From positions 720,001-752,000 of the forward strand of contig NC_003450.3 in the NCBI RefSeq assembly GCF_000011325.1: a stretch of DNA of 32,000 nt. Direction: 5' to 3'. The notes beneath the pieces are model-generated. The model was not told the origin of the DNA. It ran no database searches and saw only the letters and a list, made by a program, of their open reading frames with translations. This DNA is from Corynebacterium glutamicum ATCC 13032. Its GTDB lineage: Bacteria > Actinomycetota > Actinomycetes > Mycobacteriales > Mycobacteriaceae. The translations under genes were made by a program, and so were the position numbers. Positions 18,670 through 27,027 of the stretch are shown here, one piece after another (the stretch's first letter is position 1; each line of letters begins with the position of its first letter).

Positions 18670-20115
18670 CTAGCGCAGAAGATCCCCCGGATCTATCGAC
18701 TTGAATCGCTTCTCAGCCTCATCACGTTTGCGTTGCCACAACGGTGTCGGGTGTTGCATCCACACCCCACGAATGTTGTAAGAATTGATATACGACTTAC
18801 CCCGGGCAATCGCCACAACCGGCAACGGAATCGACAACTCAAGCTCCCCGGTTATCGCATCCCAGAAACCAAGCTCAGTTGCCGTCACCGTCCGATAAAA
18901 CTCCCTGTCCCTCATCGTACGAGGAACAGAAATACGCATCCCCTGGAACACCACCTTCTGATTATTCCCAGCAAACGTAAACACATCAGGATCCACCGGC
19001 TTTTTACCAAAACGACGTACCCGTCGACGTTGCTCGGTCTGCTGCATCTTAGACACCGGAACAGATTCCTCCTGCCGAACAAGCGGGACATCTGATTGCT
19101 TCTCAATTCGACGACGGGCATAGTGATCGGCTTGCTGTTGAAGCACGACGGGATCAATCGGGGGTTGTTGTTCCACACAGCCCACAATCTCCCAGGCCGC
19201 GGCCGGGGTGAGATTATTCGGCAACCCCTGATGCGGGCGACGATTGTTGTAATGATCGCGGAACTGTTCAATATAGTGCGCACATTCCTCAAGTGTGTGT
19301 GGTTGATGAGCTTGAAGGAAACGAAATAGTGTGCGGTGGCTGCGTTCGTTTTTACCTTGGGTTTGAGGATGCCCAGGCTTGCCGGTAATGCTTAAACACC
19401 CCACCGTCGCGAGATAGCTTTCCAAGCTTCCGACGTATCCTTGCCGCATCCGGTTAAACGCTGAGCCGTTATCACTGAGTAATTCATGCGGGGCACCGAA
19501 ATGAGCAATCGCTTGTTCTAGCGCTGTTCGGGCATCGACTGAGTTTTCATTCGCGGGGAAGACACAGGTTCCGACATCAAACCGAGTGGCATCATCAAGG
19601 ATTTGATAGATCGTTACCCGAGTCAGATCAGTATCGTGCAGTGTGTAGATGAAACCATCTATTTGCCACATTTCCATGGCTTGACCTCGTTGAAACCTCA
19701 CCACCGACGACTTCGGTCGCTTCTTAGGGTTACTTTCAACAGCTCCTGCGGCGCGTAACAAACGAGCAATGGTTGAAACAGATGGAATCGGTGCAGTCAG
19801 TTCCCCGGTGGAGATGCCTTCGAATCGAATAGAGATCGGGCCGTACTCCCATCCTTGGGCTTTCAGGCGTGCGCGGATGGACAGCAAGGTGCTGGTGATG
19901 GATTCATCGTACGTTCGCCGGGCGGTGATTGGGGCGCTGGAGTGTGGATGCAGTGCTGCGTTGGCGTCTTGTTGGTATCGGTTGCGGATGTTGTAGAAGC
20001 TGCGCCGCGATATTTTTAGCCGACTGCAGAACTCTTCGATCGAGGGGCTGTTCGGTGCGAACGGATCGAAATCGATGATCTTGCGTCGGGTTTCTGGGGG
20101 TAGGGGTTTAGGCAT
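18670..20115 (-). CDS. DDE transposase (N-terminal HTH, rve integrase core, extended C-terminal domain)
   Basis: The core region is WQIDGF...LDDATRF...LSDNGSAF...GHPQTQGKNERSHRTL...YNNRRPHQGL. I prefer ATG 20115 (MPKPLPPETRRK, 481 aa). The track start at 20172 lies inside the terminal repeats. Confidence 0.88.
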   Translation of the reverse strand: MPKPLPPETRRKIIDFDPFAPNSPSIEEFCSRLKISRRSFYNIRNRYQQDANAALHPHSSAPITARRTYDESITSTLLSIRARLKAQGWEYGPISIRFEGISTGELTAPIPSVSTIARLLRAAGAVESNPKKRPKSSVVRFQRGQAMEMWQIDGFIYTLHDTDLTRVTIYQILDDATRFDVGTCVFPANENSVDARTALEQAIAHFGAPHELLSDNGSAFNRMRQGYVGSLESYLATVGCLSITGKPGHPQTQGKNERSHRTLFRFLQAHQPHTLEECAHYIEQFRDHYNNRRPHQGLPNNLTPAAAWEIVGCVEQQPPIDPVVLQQQADHYARRRIEKQSDVPLVRQEESVPVSKMQQTEQRRRVRRFGKKPVDPDVFTFAGNNQKVVFQGMRISVPRTMRDREFYRTVTATELGFWDAITGELELSIPLPVVAIARGKSYINSYNIRGVWMQHPTPLWQRKRDEAEKRFKSIDPGDLLR

Positions 20116-20164
20116 GATGTCAATTGTGAGCAGCCTAGGACTATGCCTGTGGTGTAGGTCTGGG

Positions 20165-20263
20165 GTGTGCACAAGGTCATGACACTATGCATGCACAAGG
20201 TCATGGCATTAAGTGTGCATAAGGTCATGACACTGAGTGTGCACAACCCTCTGACACAAAACA
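20165..20263. repeat. Subterminal array of 24-bp direct repeats at the IS right end (3 copies plus the terminal IR)
   Basis: The units are GTGTGCACAAGGTCATGACACTAT, GCATGCACAAGGTCATGGCATTAA, GTGTGCATAAGGTCATGACACTGA and GTGTGCACAACCCTCTGACACAAAACA. Confidence 0.85.
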
Positions 20264-21016
20264 GTTGAAAACCAGTCCTCCGTCGACGACCAAGTTTTGG
20301 CCTGTAACCGCGCGCGACCAGGGGGATGCGAAGAAGAGGGAGGCGTCGGCAAGCTCTTGGGGAGTGGTGACGGACCCCAGTGGGGTGCCGGCGGCGATGA
20401 AATCAAAGACTTCCTCGGGCGTGGCGGCGCTGGCGCCGGTGGTGCGCAGCAGGCCGCCGCTGACCATGTTGACCGTGATGTGGCGTGGGCCCAAATCCTT
20501 GGCAAACGTGCGAGTCAAGGACAGCAGCGCAGCCTTCGCAGCGGTGTAATCGTGGTAGGGGACAGTCGGATTCTGGAAAAGATTCGTGCCGATGTTAATC
20601 ACACGACCACTTCCCACCTCCTCAAAACCAGGCAAAGCCTCCTGGATGGTGTTCAGCGCGCCCTCGATTGCGCTGGTGTACTGCTGATTAAAACGCTCAA
20701 TGGTGATGTCCTCCGCCTTGGGACGCGCATCGCCATCAAAGCTGAAATCCGCCAAAGCGCTGTTGACCACAGTGGTGATCGGGCTGCCGAAATGTTCCTT
20801 GGCCTGCGCAAACATGCTTTTCACCTGTTCGCGATCACGAACATCAGCCTGAATCGCCACCGCCTTTTCACCAGCCAGCTCTGCGGCAGCATCAGCCGAA
20901 CGGTGATAGTTCACCACAACACGAGCACCCTCGCGCAAAAATGATTCAGACAACGCGCGACCAAGTCCGCGTGCACCGCCGGTGACCAAAACAATTTGCT
21001 CAGAAATATCAAGCAT
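20225..21016 (-). CDS. Short-chain dehydrogenase/reductase (FabG-like); the last 12 codons and the stop are supplied by the IS end
   Basis: 263-aa ORF with the TGGARGLG cofactor motif and the YHDYTAAKAA catalytic motif. The codons for CFVSEGCAHSVS* (20261-20225) lie inside the IS. Confidence 0.88.
   Translation of the reverse strand: MLDISEQIVLVTGGARGLGRALSESFLREGARVVVNYHRSADAAAELAGEKAVAIQADVRDREQVKSMFAQAKEHFGSPITTVVNSALADFSFDGDARPKAEDITIERFNQQYTSAIEGALNTIQEALPGFEEVGSGRVINIGTNLFQNPTVPYHDYTAAKAALLSLTRTFAKDLGPRHITVNMVSGGLLRTTGASAATPEEVFDFIAAGTPLGSVTTPQELADASLFFASPWSRAVTGQNLVVDGGLVFNCFVSEGCAHSVS
20264..20277. repeat. Target-site duplication, right copy (GTTGAAAACCAGTC)
   Basis: Identical to 18532-18545. 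Confidence 0.85.
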
Positions 21017-21177
21017 GAAAAAACGCCCTTCTTGGGTTGGGGCGAAGGGCAGAGGGACCTATCCCTTGGGAGGATGGGTCCAATGCGACAGTCCCTTCGC
21101 CAGTACTAACTGGATCAGGTTCGACGGGTGTAATCTCAGCGAAAGCTTTTTTAAAGTGCTTTTGCACCCCGTGTCAC
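21017..21177 (-). promoter_or_regulatory. TPP (THI-box) riboswitch with a terminator-type expression platform
   Basis: The minus-strand aptamer spans 21177-21085 and contains the blocks GGGGUGC, CUGAGA, ACCCGU and GAACCUGAUCCAGUUAGUACUGGCGAAGGGA, with P1 formed by GUGACA/UGUCGC. The terminator GCCCUUC-12 nt-GAAGGGC plus U6 spans 21050-21018. It ends 1 nt before the SDR ATG. Confidence 0.88.
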
Positions 21178-21396
21178 TAGTAGCCGAGGGTATCAGTTTG
21201 TGAGCGCGTGTGGGGCGAGTTGGTACAGAAGAGCAATTCAGGCCGACACCACAAACTCCGATCTAACAAAGATTTGCGCTGCCAACTATGGCAGTTTTGG
21301 ATCCTAGATACCATGCTTGTAAAAGTACTGCAAATGGATACTGGACTGTCGTAACGGTATACCATAGAAACAATCTGTAATCCTCTAAGGAGCGCG

Positions 21397-21768
21397 ATGA
21401 AAGATTCGTCTAAGTTTGCGACAAAAAATTATTCTGCTCGACTGTTCTTATTGCTTTATGTCTTAACGGTCGTAGTCGGGTGGATATTTGCCCTTGGGAA
21501 TCCCTATTCAGTAGTAACCGCTTTTTCAATTTTTGTTGGAGTTGGTTTTGCTGTAGCTGCAGTTGCTTGTGCCCTAACAAGAAGAGCTCCCTTGTGGCTT
21601 TTGGGGTTCTTAGGTGGTGTAGGAATCGTTCTTGTCTTGATGGGAATCTATTTCAGGGTAACTCAGCCTGATGGAATCCTAACTGGATATTTGATACCGA
21701 TTGGTTTTGGATTTTTTCTCGCAGAAGCAGCTGTGGCAATAGAGCGTTATTGGCATCGTCGTCACTAA
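21397..21768 (+). CDS. Small integral membrane protein (about 4 TM), AT-rich
   Basis: 123-aa hydrophobic ORF with an ATG start preceded by AAGGAG. No family was recognised. Confidence 0.65.
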   Translation: MKDSSKFATKNYSARLFLLLYVLTVVVGWIFALGNPYSVVTAFSIFVGVGFAVAAVACALTRRAPLWLLGFLGGVGIVLVLMGIYFRVTQPDGILTGYLIPIGFGFFLAEAAVAIERYWHRRH

Positions 21769-21814
21769 GCACTGCGTTCTTAAAGGAAGAGCTTTCTGCC
21801 CAAAACTCTACAAA

Positions 21815-22384
21815 TTAAGCCCCTTTAATCGTCTCCAGGGTGATCTCGGTGAATTGTCCAACCTCGCGGACATTTACGGTGCGGAGACGATTACTTTCGA
21901 TCCGGCGGGGCATCGCTGGCTGCCCTTCATCGAGAAACACTGGCGCCATGGTCAAGATGATCCGATCGAGTGCACCCGCATCAAAGAATTGACCCGCCAG
22001 ATCGCCACCACCGACGATCCAAATATCAGTGTTCTCTGGACTCTCTTCCAGTATGGCGGGGAGAACATCGGCGACATCTCCATTTACTACCTTGACAGGT
22101 TTTCCTTCCGGGGTTTCCAAGTTCCTGCTGCTGAACACCCACGTGGGGCGATCGCCATACACATCGGTCCACTTGTGGGGATCGCTGATGAAATCTAGGT
22201 CCTTGAGCAGCCATTCATAGGTGGTGGATCCCATTACGATGGTGCCGGCTTTTGAAAGGAAATTACCGAAGTCTTCAGAGGCACCGTCGCTGCCGGGGAC
22301 GTCGAAAAGCCATTGCAGGGAGTTGTCTTTGTCTGCGATGAAGCCGTTGAGCGTGCTCGATGTGTTGTAGATGATCGCCATCAC
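21815..22384 (-). CDS. Dihydrofolate reductase-like protein (RibD C-terminal domain family)
   Basis: 189-aa ORF with the pattern STLNGFIA...MGSTTYEW...WIVGGGDLAGQF, typical of the RibD_C family. Confidence 0.85.
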   Translation of the reverse strand: MMAIIYNTSSTLNGFIADKDNSLQWLFDVPGSDGASEDFGNFLSKAGTIVMGSTTYEWLLKDLDFISDPHKWTDVYGDRPTWVFSSRNLETPEGKPVKVVNGDVADVLPAILEESPENTDIWIVGGGDLAGQFFDAGALDRIILTMAPVFLDEGQPAMPRRIESNRLRTVNVREVGQFTEITLETIKGA

Positions 22385-22387
22385 ACG

Positions 22388-22831
22388 ATGCTACCTACGA
22401 TGGGGATCATGGGAATTAAACGTTTGGACAACGTGGCGATTGTGGTGGAATCGTTGGATGAAGCAGTCGGTTTCTTTGAGAAATTAGGGATGTCCCTAGA
22501 TGGCCGAACAATGGTCCAAGGGGATTTTGCTGATCGGACCGTTGGTCTCAGCGGAATTCGATCTGAGATCGCGGTGCTGAAAACTCCGGATGGACATTCT
22601 CGGGTGGAGCTTACTCAATATCTACAACCGGAACCGATTGCAACCGCTCCATCTGCACCTAACCAGATTGGGATGCACCGTTTGATGTTTGCGGTGGATG
22701 ATATTGAGGAAACGATCGAACATATCGGTGCGGAACCACTAGATGGGATCGCAAATTACGAGGACACCTACCGATTGTGTTATCTGCGCGGGCCATCTGG
22801 AATTATCGTGGCGTTGGCGCAGGAACTTTAA
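22388..22831 (+). CDS. VOC/glyoxalase-family protein
   Basis: The sequence IKRLDNVAIVVESLDEAVGFFEKLGM is a VOC beta-alpha-beta-beta-beta module. The start is placed at the first ATG after the divergent gene (22388). ATGs at 22400 and 22409 are also possible. The track's 22313 start overlaps the DHFR-like gene. Confidence 0.8.
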   Translation: MLPTMGIMGIKRLDNVAIVVESLDEAVGFFEKLGMSLDGRTMVQGDFADRTVGLSGIRSEIAVLKTPDGHSRVELTQYLQPEPIATAPSAPNQIGMHRLMFAVDDIEETIEHIGAEPLDGIANYEDTYRLCYLRGPSGIIVALAQEL

Positions 22832-23052
22832 TTAGGGCGGCGCTTTCGCCAAGCCCTCCATACTGACACTGTGGCGATTACTAAAACGAGCGCGAGAAGA
22901 GCTGGCCACACGGCAGGTTCGGGGCGTAACACGTTGATGACTGCCTGGATGACGGCGAGGAATGAGAAAAATCCCAGGAATCCAAGCAGCGCTTCGGGTT
23001 GAAGCCCTTTGCGTTGCGATTCGGATTGGTCCTGGGATTTATCAGCACTCAT
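22828..23052 (-). CDS. Small membrane protein (2 TM) trailing the tus permease genes
   Basis: 74-aa ORF starting 11 nt downstream of the tusG stop. It has two hydrophobic helices and no obvious SD. Confidence 0.5.
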   Translation of the reverse strand: MSADKSQDQSESQRKGLQPEALLGFLGFFSFLAVIQAVINVLRPEPAVWPALLALVLVIATVSVWRAWRKRRPN

Positions 23053-23063
23053 GAGTATCTAGT

Positions 23064-23900
23064 CTAGGCTTTCACGCCACCTGCGGTGAGTCCGGAGACG
23101 ATGCGGCGTTGGAAGATGAGAACCATGATGATCAGTGGGATGGTCACCAAAGCTCCCGCTGCCATGACAGAGGCGTAGGGGTATTCGAAGGAGCTTGGTC
23201 CGGTGAACCTTGCGATCGCAACGGTCACTGGCTCTGTGGAGGTGTTGGATAGTTGGCGGGCCAGCATGAATTCGTTCCACGTTGCAATGAATGCGAGGAT
23301 CGCGGTGGTAAATAGTGCGGGCGCTGCTAGAGGAAGCAGGATCATGCGGAAGGCTTGGCCACGTGTGGCGCCGTCGACACGTGCTGATTCTTCGAGTTCC
23401 CAGGGCAGTTGCCTGAAGAAGGATACGAGCGTGTAGATCGTCAGAGGTAGCGCGAAGGAAATGTTCGGGATAATCAGCGCTTGGTAGGTGCCGATCCAGT
23501 TGAGGTCACCGAAGAGCTGGAACAGCGGAGTGACCAGGGCGATGCCGGGGAACATGGAGGCTGCCAAGATGATGCCGGTGACAATGCCTTTGCCCGGGAA
23601 TTCCAGTCGGGCTAGAGCGTAGGCGGTGAACACTCCCACGAGAACAGCGATCGCTGTTGTGGTGACGCTGATGACCAGTGAGTTGCCAATGGCTGCGAGG
23701 AAGTTGTTGCCTTTGTCGGTGGCCAGTGCGTCCCGGAAGTTATCCAAGGTGACGTGCGTTGGCCATGGGGTGGTGTCAAAGGTGTGCTTGGAATCGCGCA
23801 GTGCGGTGATAACCATCCAGTAGAAGGGAGCTAGTCCCCAGAAGAGGATGAACACCACTCCGGCGTAGTTGAGGATGAGTCCTTTTGTTCGTTTAGTCAT
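23064..23900 (-). CDS. tusG: ABC sugar permease (MalG-type), trehalose uptake system
   Basis: 278-aa ORF with 6 TM segments and an EAA loop (ESARVDGATRGQAFRMILLP). ATGA overlap with tusF. Confidence 0.92.
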   Translation of the reverse strand: MTKRTKGLILNYAGVVFILFWGLAPFYWMVITALRDSKHTFDTTPWPTHVTLDNFRDALATDKGNNFLAAIGNSLVISVTTTAIAVLVGVFTAYALARLEFPGKGIVTGIILAASMFPGIALVTPLFQLFGDLNWIGTYQALIIPNISFALPLTIYTLVSFFRQLPWELEESARVDGATRGQAFRMILLPLAAPALFTTAILAFIATWNEFMLARQLSNTSTEPVTVAIARFTGPSSFEYPYASVMAAGALVTIPLIIMVLIFQRRIVSGLTAGGVKA

Positions 23901-24931
23901 GGCTTAGCGGCTTCCTTCACAGCAGAATCGGCCTTTACAACAGCATCCTTAGCGGTGGGTTTCTCATCCTTGGTTCCGCCCAGTTTCTTTTTCTTTATTC
24001 CGCGTTGGCCCGAAACATCTGCGCCGAGGAATCGGATCATGATGAACGCCACGAAGAAGATCAGCAGGAAGATCAGTGTGGAAAGGGCGGAAGCGGAGTT
24101 GAAGTTGTTTTGGCGCATGTCTTCCACAACCAGCTGGGAGATAACAGCGGTGGGGGAGTTGGAGGAGCTGGAGATCATGATGACGGGGAGGTCATACATG
24201 CGTAGCGCATCGAGGGTGCGGAAGAGTACTGCCACCATCAAAGCTGGGCGCACCAGCGGGAGGGTGATCTTGGTGAATTGCTGCCACGCGGTTGCGCCAT
24301 CGACGCGGGCTGCTTCGTAGGTTTCCTTCGGGATCATTTGCAGACCGGCGAGGATCAGCAGTGCCATGAATGGTGTGGTTTTCCAGACGTCGGCAAGAAT
24401 GACGGCGGCTCTAGCTGCCCACGGATCGGTGGTCCAACTGACACTAAGTCCAAACATGGAGTTGATGATGCCTTGTGGTGCGAAGATGAACTGCCACAGT
24501 TTTGCGGTGACGGCGGTGGGGATTGCCCAAGGGATAAGAATCGCTGCGCGAACAAGTGCGCGGCCACGGAATTCTTTGTTCATGATCAGTGCCATGGCGG
24601 TGCCGAGGATAGTTTCCAAGCCGACGGTAACCACGGTGAAGAACAACGTGATGCGTAGTGCTGGCCAGAAGTCGGTGGCTAGTGTGCCGGGTGGGCAGGT
24701 ACGGATGGTGCCGTCTGAACCCATGCATCGTTGGGTGAGCCAGTAGAGGTAATTGTCTAGTCCTGCGAAGCCACCGTCGGTGAAGAGTCCGGTGGTGGGG
24801 TCGAGGCCTTTGTCGGCCTGGAAGGATAGCCAAATTGCTCGGACGATGGGATATCCGATCACCACTGCAAGGACCACGAGGGCGGGGGCGATCAGCCAGG
24901 CAGCGCTTCTGGCCTGTTTGAATGTGGCCAT
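23897..24931 (-). CDS. tusF: ABC sugar permease (MalF-type), trehalose uptake system
   Basis: 344-aa ORF with an EAA loop (EAARVDGATAWQQFTKITLP). Confidence 0.92.
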   Translation of the reverse strand: MATFKQARSAAWLIAPALVVLAVVIGYPIVRAIWLSFQADKGLDPTTGLFTDGGFAGLDNYLYWLTQRCMGSDGTIRTCPPGTLATDFWPALRITLFFTVVTVGLETILGTAMALIMNKEFRGRALVRAAILIPWAIPTAVTAKLWQFIFAPQGIINSMFGLSVSWTTDPWAARAAVILADVWKTTPFMALLILAGLQMIPKETYEAARVDGATAWQQFTKITLPLVRPALMVAVLFRTLDALRMYDLPVIMISSSSNSPTAVISQLVVEDMRQNNFNSASALSTLIFLLIFFVAFIMIRFLGADVSGQRGIKKKKLGGTKDEKPTAKDAVVKADSAVKEAAKP

Positions 24932-25042
24932 GTGTCGTCGCTCCTTTTGTCAGGTCAAAATAAGTTGATTGTCAGTTCTGTGAAACTGCACATTCTTGTT
25001 ACATGGATCATAATCCGCCACACATCGTGATGGACACATTGC

Positions 25043-25498
25043 CTATTGCTTATAAAACCCGTCGCGGAGGTTCACTCCGTATTCCAGCCACGCTTTTAGT
25101 GCGGACAGCATGCCAGTCCATCCCATCTGGCTGCCCAGAGCCTCTTGGGCTCCTGCGGGAGTGAGCGGCCAACTGCCTTCGGTGATGGTGAGTTTCGTGC
25201 GGGTGAAATTTCTAAAAGGTTCGAACTCGAAGTTGACGGAACGCAGCTCATTTGCTTGTCCCCAGCGGAGTTCAATGTGTTCAGCCTGTGTAGCTGAGAC
25301 AACTTGGACCGGAAACGCACCGGGAAAATCAACGAAGTCCCAATAGACAGTCGATCCGGTTTCGAGGCGGCCAGATACTCCGCCGGTGGCGAAGTAGCGT
25401 TCTAGTTGTCTGGGATCTGCGATTGCTTCGTAGACCTGCACGGGGCAGCGGGAGATGTAGCCAAATGTGGAAACTTGAAGATCTTTGCCGGAAGCCAT
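25043..25498 (-). CDS. SRPBCC/AHSA1-like small soluble protein embedded in the tus cluster
   Basis: 151 aa counted from ATG 25498, which is preceded by AAAGGAG at good spacing. The track's GTG at 25513 is less likely. The C-terminal GWTGMLSALKAWLEYG is typical of the AHSA1/SRPBCC fold. Confidence 0.8.
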   Translation of the reverse strand: MASGKDLQVSTFGYISRCPVQVYEAIADPRQLERYFATGGVSGRLETGSTVYWDFVDFPGAFPVQVVSATQAEHIELRWGQANELRSVNFEFEPFRNFTRTKLTITEGSWPLTPAGAQEALGSQMGWTGMLSALKAWLEYGVNLRDGFYKQ

Positions 25499-25546
25499 CC
25501 GGACTCCTTTCACACAAGTTCAATTACACCCAACAATAGGACAAAA

Positions 25547-25599
25547 CTCCGGCCACCTTTGTGGAAATCCGCTAAGGATTTCAGGGAAGGTGGCCGGAG
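25547..25599 (-). terminator. Strong intrinsic terminator directly after tusE
   Basis: CTCCGGCCACCTT / AAGGTGGCCGGAG is a perfect 13-bp stem. The loop contains the sub-stem GAAATCC/GGATTTC. On the minus strand the hairpin is followed by TTTTGTCCTATTGTT. Confidence 0.75.
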
Positions 25600-25618
25600 A
25601 ATGAACTAAATTACCGAA

Positions 25619-26893
25619 CTAGCTGGAAGCGTTTTCGATCGCTGCCTTCATATCGGTGGTTGCCTGGTCAACGTCGACGTTGCCGTTAAGCGCTGCGTAG
25701 GCGTTGTCCTGGATTGCCTTGGAGATGGCTGGGTAGAAAGGAGACACTGGGCGTGGTGCTGCGTTTTCCAGGGATTCCTTCAGTGCTGGCAGGTATGGGT
25801 ACTGCTCAACAAGGGACTCATCATCGTAGATGGATGCCAGAACTGGTGGGAAGGAGTTGTCCGCGAACCAGGTTTGGTTCTCTTCGTTGATGATGAATTC
25901 GATGAAGTCGCGGGCGGTTGCCTTGTTTTCGGAGTTGACGTTGATGCCGTTGTTGTAGCCACCAAGGGTGGATACGCCGACGCCGTCTTTACCTACGAGG
26001 GGCTGTACTTCGAATTTGCCTGCGGTTGCTTCGGCTTCTTCGGAGTTGGTGTACATGTATGGCCAGTTAATGGCGTAGGCGGTTTGGCCTTCGGTGAATG
26101 CGAGGTTGGTTTCTTCTTCGGTCGCTGCAAGGGATGCCTTGGAGATGGTGCCGTCGTCGAAGCCGTCGACAAGCGCTTGAAGGCCTGCCTTGGCGTCGTC
26201 GCTGTCTACGGTGACGTTGCCGTCATCGTCTAGGACGCTGCCTCCCCAACCTTCGATGAAGCCGATGGTGTTCACTGAAAGGCCTTCGTACTGCTTGAGC
26301 TGAGTGGTCAGGCAATCAACGCCTGCTTCTTCAGCAAGCGTGCAGGATTCCACGAGGTCAGCCCAGTTTGCTGGTGCTTCTGGGATGATTTCGGTGTTGC
26401 GGAACAGTAGCTGGCCGTTGGTGTTCTGTGGCAGTGCGTAGAGGGTGCCGTTGTAGGTTGCGGAATCCACGGTGGATTGCAGCAGTCCGGAGGTGTCTAC
26501 CTCGAGGTCGCCTTCAAGTGGTGCGAGCCATTGGTTTGCCGCGAAGTCTGCGGTCCAGATGACGTCGAGCGCCATGACGTCGTAGTCAGAGTTGCCGGCC
26601 TGCAGGGATTGCACGAGGGTTTCGCGCTGCGCGTCGGCTTCACCGGCGAGTTCGTTGAGCGTTACCTGCTCATCGGGGTGGGCTTCGTTCCAGCGGTCGA
26701 TGATCGGAATGACTTTGTCGGTGTCGTTTTTGCCCATCGCAAAGGTGATGGGGCCGCGGCTGTCTGCGCCTTCGCTAGCGGTGGAATCTGTGGAGTCGGA
26801 GCTTGAGTCTGAACTACAACCGGCCAGTGCGATCGCTGCCAACAGTGTGGTGGCTGCAAGTGACGCGCCGGTCTTGCGGGAAATCGAGGACAT
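25619..26893 (-). CDS. tusE: Extracellular sugar-binding lipoprotein, trehalose uptake system
   Basis: 424-aa ORF with a signal peptide and lipobox (LAGCSS) and an SBP family 1 pattern. Confidence 0.92.
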   Translation of the reverse strand: MSSISRKTGASLAATTLLAAIALAGCSSDSSSDSTDSTASEGADSRGPITFAMGKNDTDKVIPIIDRWNEAHPDEQVTLNELAGEADAQRETLVQSLQAGNSDYDVMALDVIWTADFAANQWLAPLEGDLEVDTSGLLQSTVDSATYNGTLYALPQNTNGQLLFRNTEIIPEAPANWADLVESCTLAEEAGVDCLTTQLKQYEGLSVNTIGFIEGWGGSVLDDDGNVTVDSDDAKAGLQALVDGFDDGTISKASLAATEEETNLAFTEGQTAYAINWPYMYTNSEEAEATAGKFEVQPLVGKDGVGVSTLGGYNNGINVNSENKATARDFIEFIINEENQTWFADNSFPPVLASIYDDESLVEQYPYLPALKESLENAAPRPVSPFYPAISKAIQDNAYAALNGNVDVDQATTDMKAAIENASS

Positions 26894-27027
26894 AGGAAGT
26901 CACCTTTCTTAACAACAGATGCTTATCAATCTAATGACCTCGAACACGTTTGTGTGGAATTTTAGGTTAAATCACCCCCGGAGGGTCAAAAATAAAGATG
27001 CTTTTCGACGCCTCCCCACGTCCGAAA

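Larger units (their letters stand above)
18546..20263 (-). mobile_element. Insertion sequence, 1,718 bp, with a single rve/DDE transposase (IS481-like features; probably the ISCg5-type element of C. glutamicum)
   Basis: The termini are TGTAAAGTGTCAGCACGTTGTGCACAC and the reverse complement TGTTTTGTGTCAGAGGGTTGTGCACAC (21/27 identical). Similarity extends to about 50 bp. The element is flanked by a 14-bp direct repeat. TGT ends and long TSDs fit my recollection of IS481-family properties. Confidence 0.88.

Noticed and set aside
20016-20246. 76-aa minus-strand ORF with repetitive MTLC/TLCT peptide
   Set aside because: Its periodicity simply mirrors the 24-bp subterminal DNA repeats of the IS. 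It overlaps the transposase 5' end and the SDR tail and has no independent coding evidence.
20297-20944. 215-aa plus-strand ORF
   Set aside because: It is antisense to the SDR gene, is Gly/Ala/Arg-rich and shows no motifs.
21177-21365. 62-aa minus-strand ORF upstream of the riboswitch
   Set aside because: It lies in the AT-rich divergent promoter region and ends where the aptamer begins. Its composition is not protein-like. It is more likely a promoter or 5' leader.
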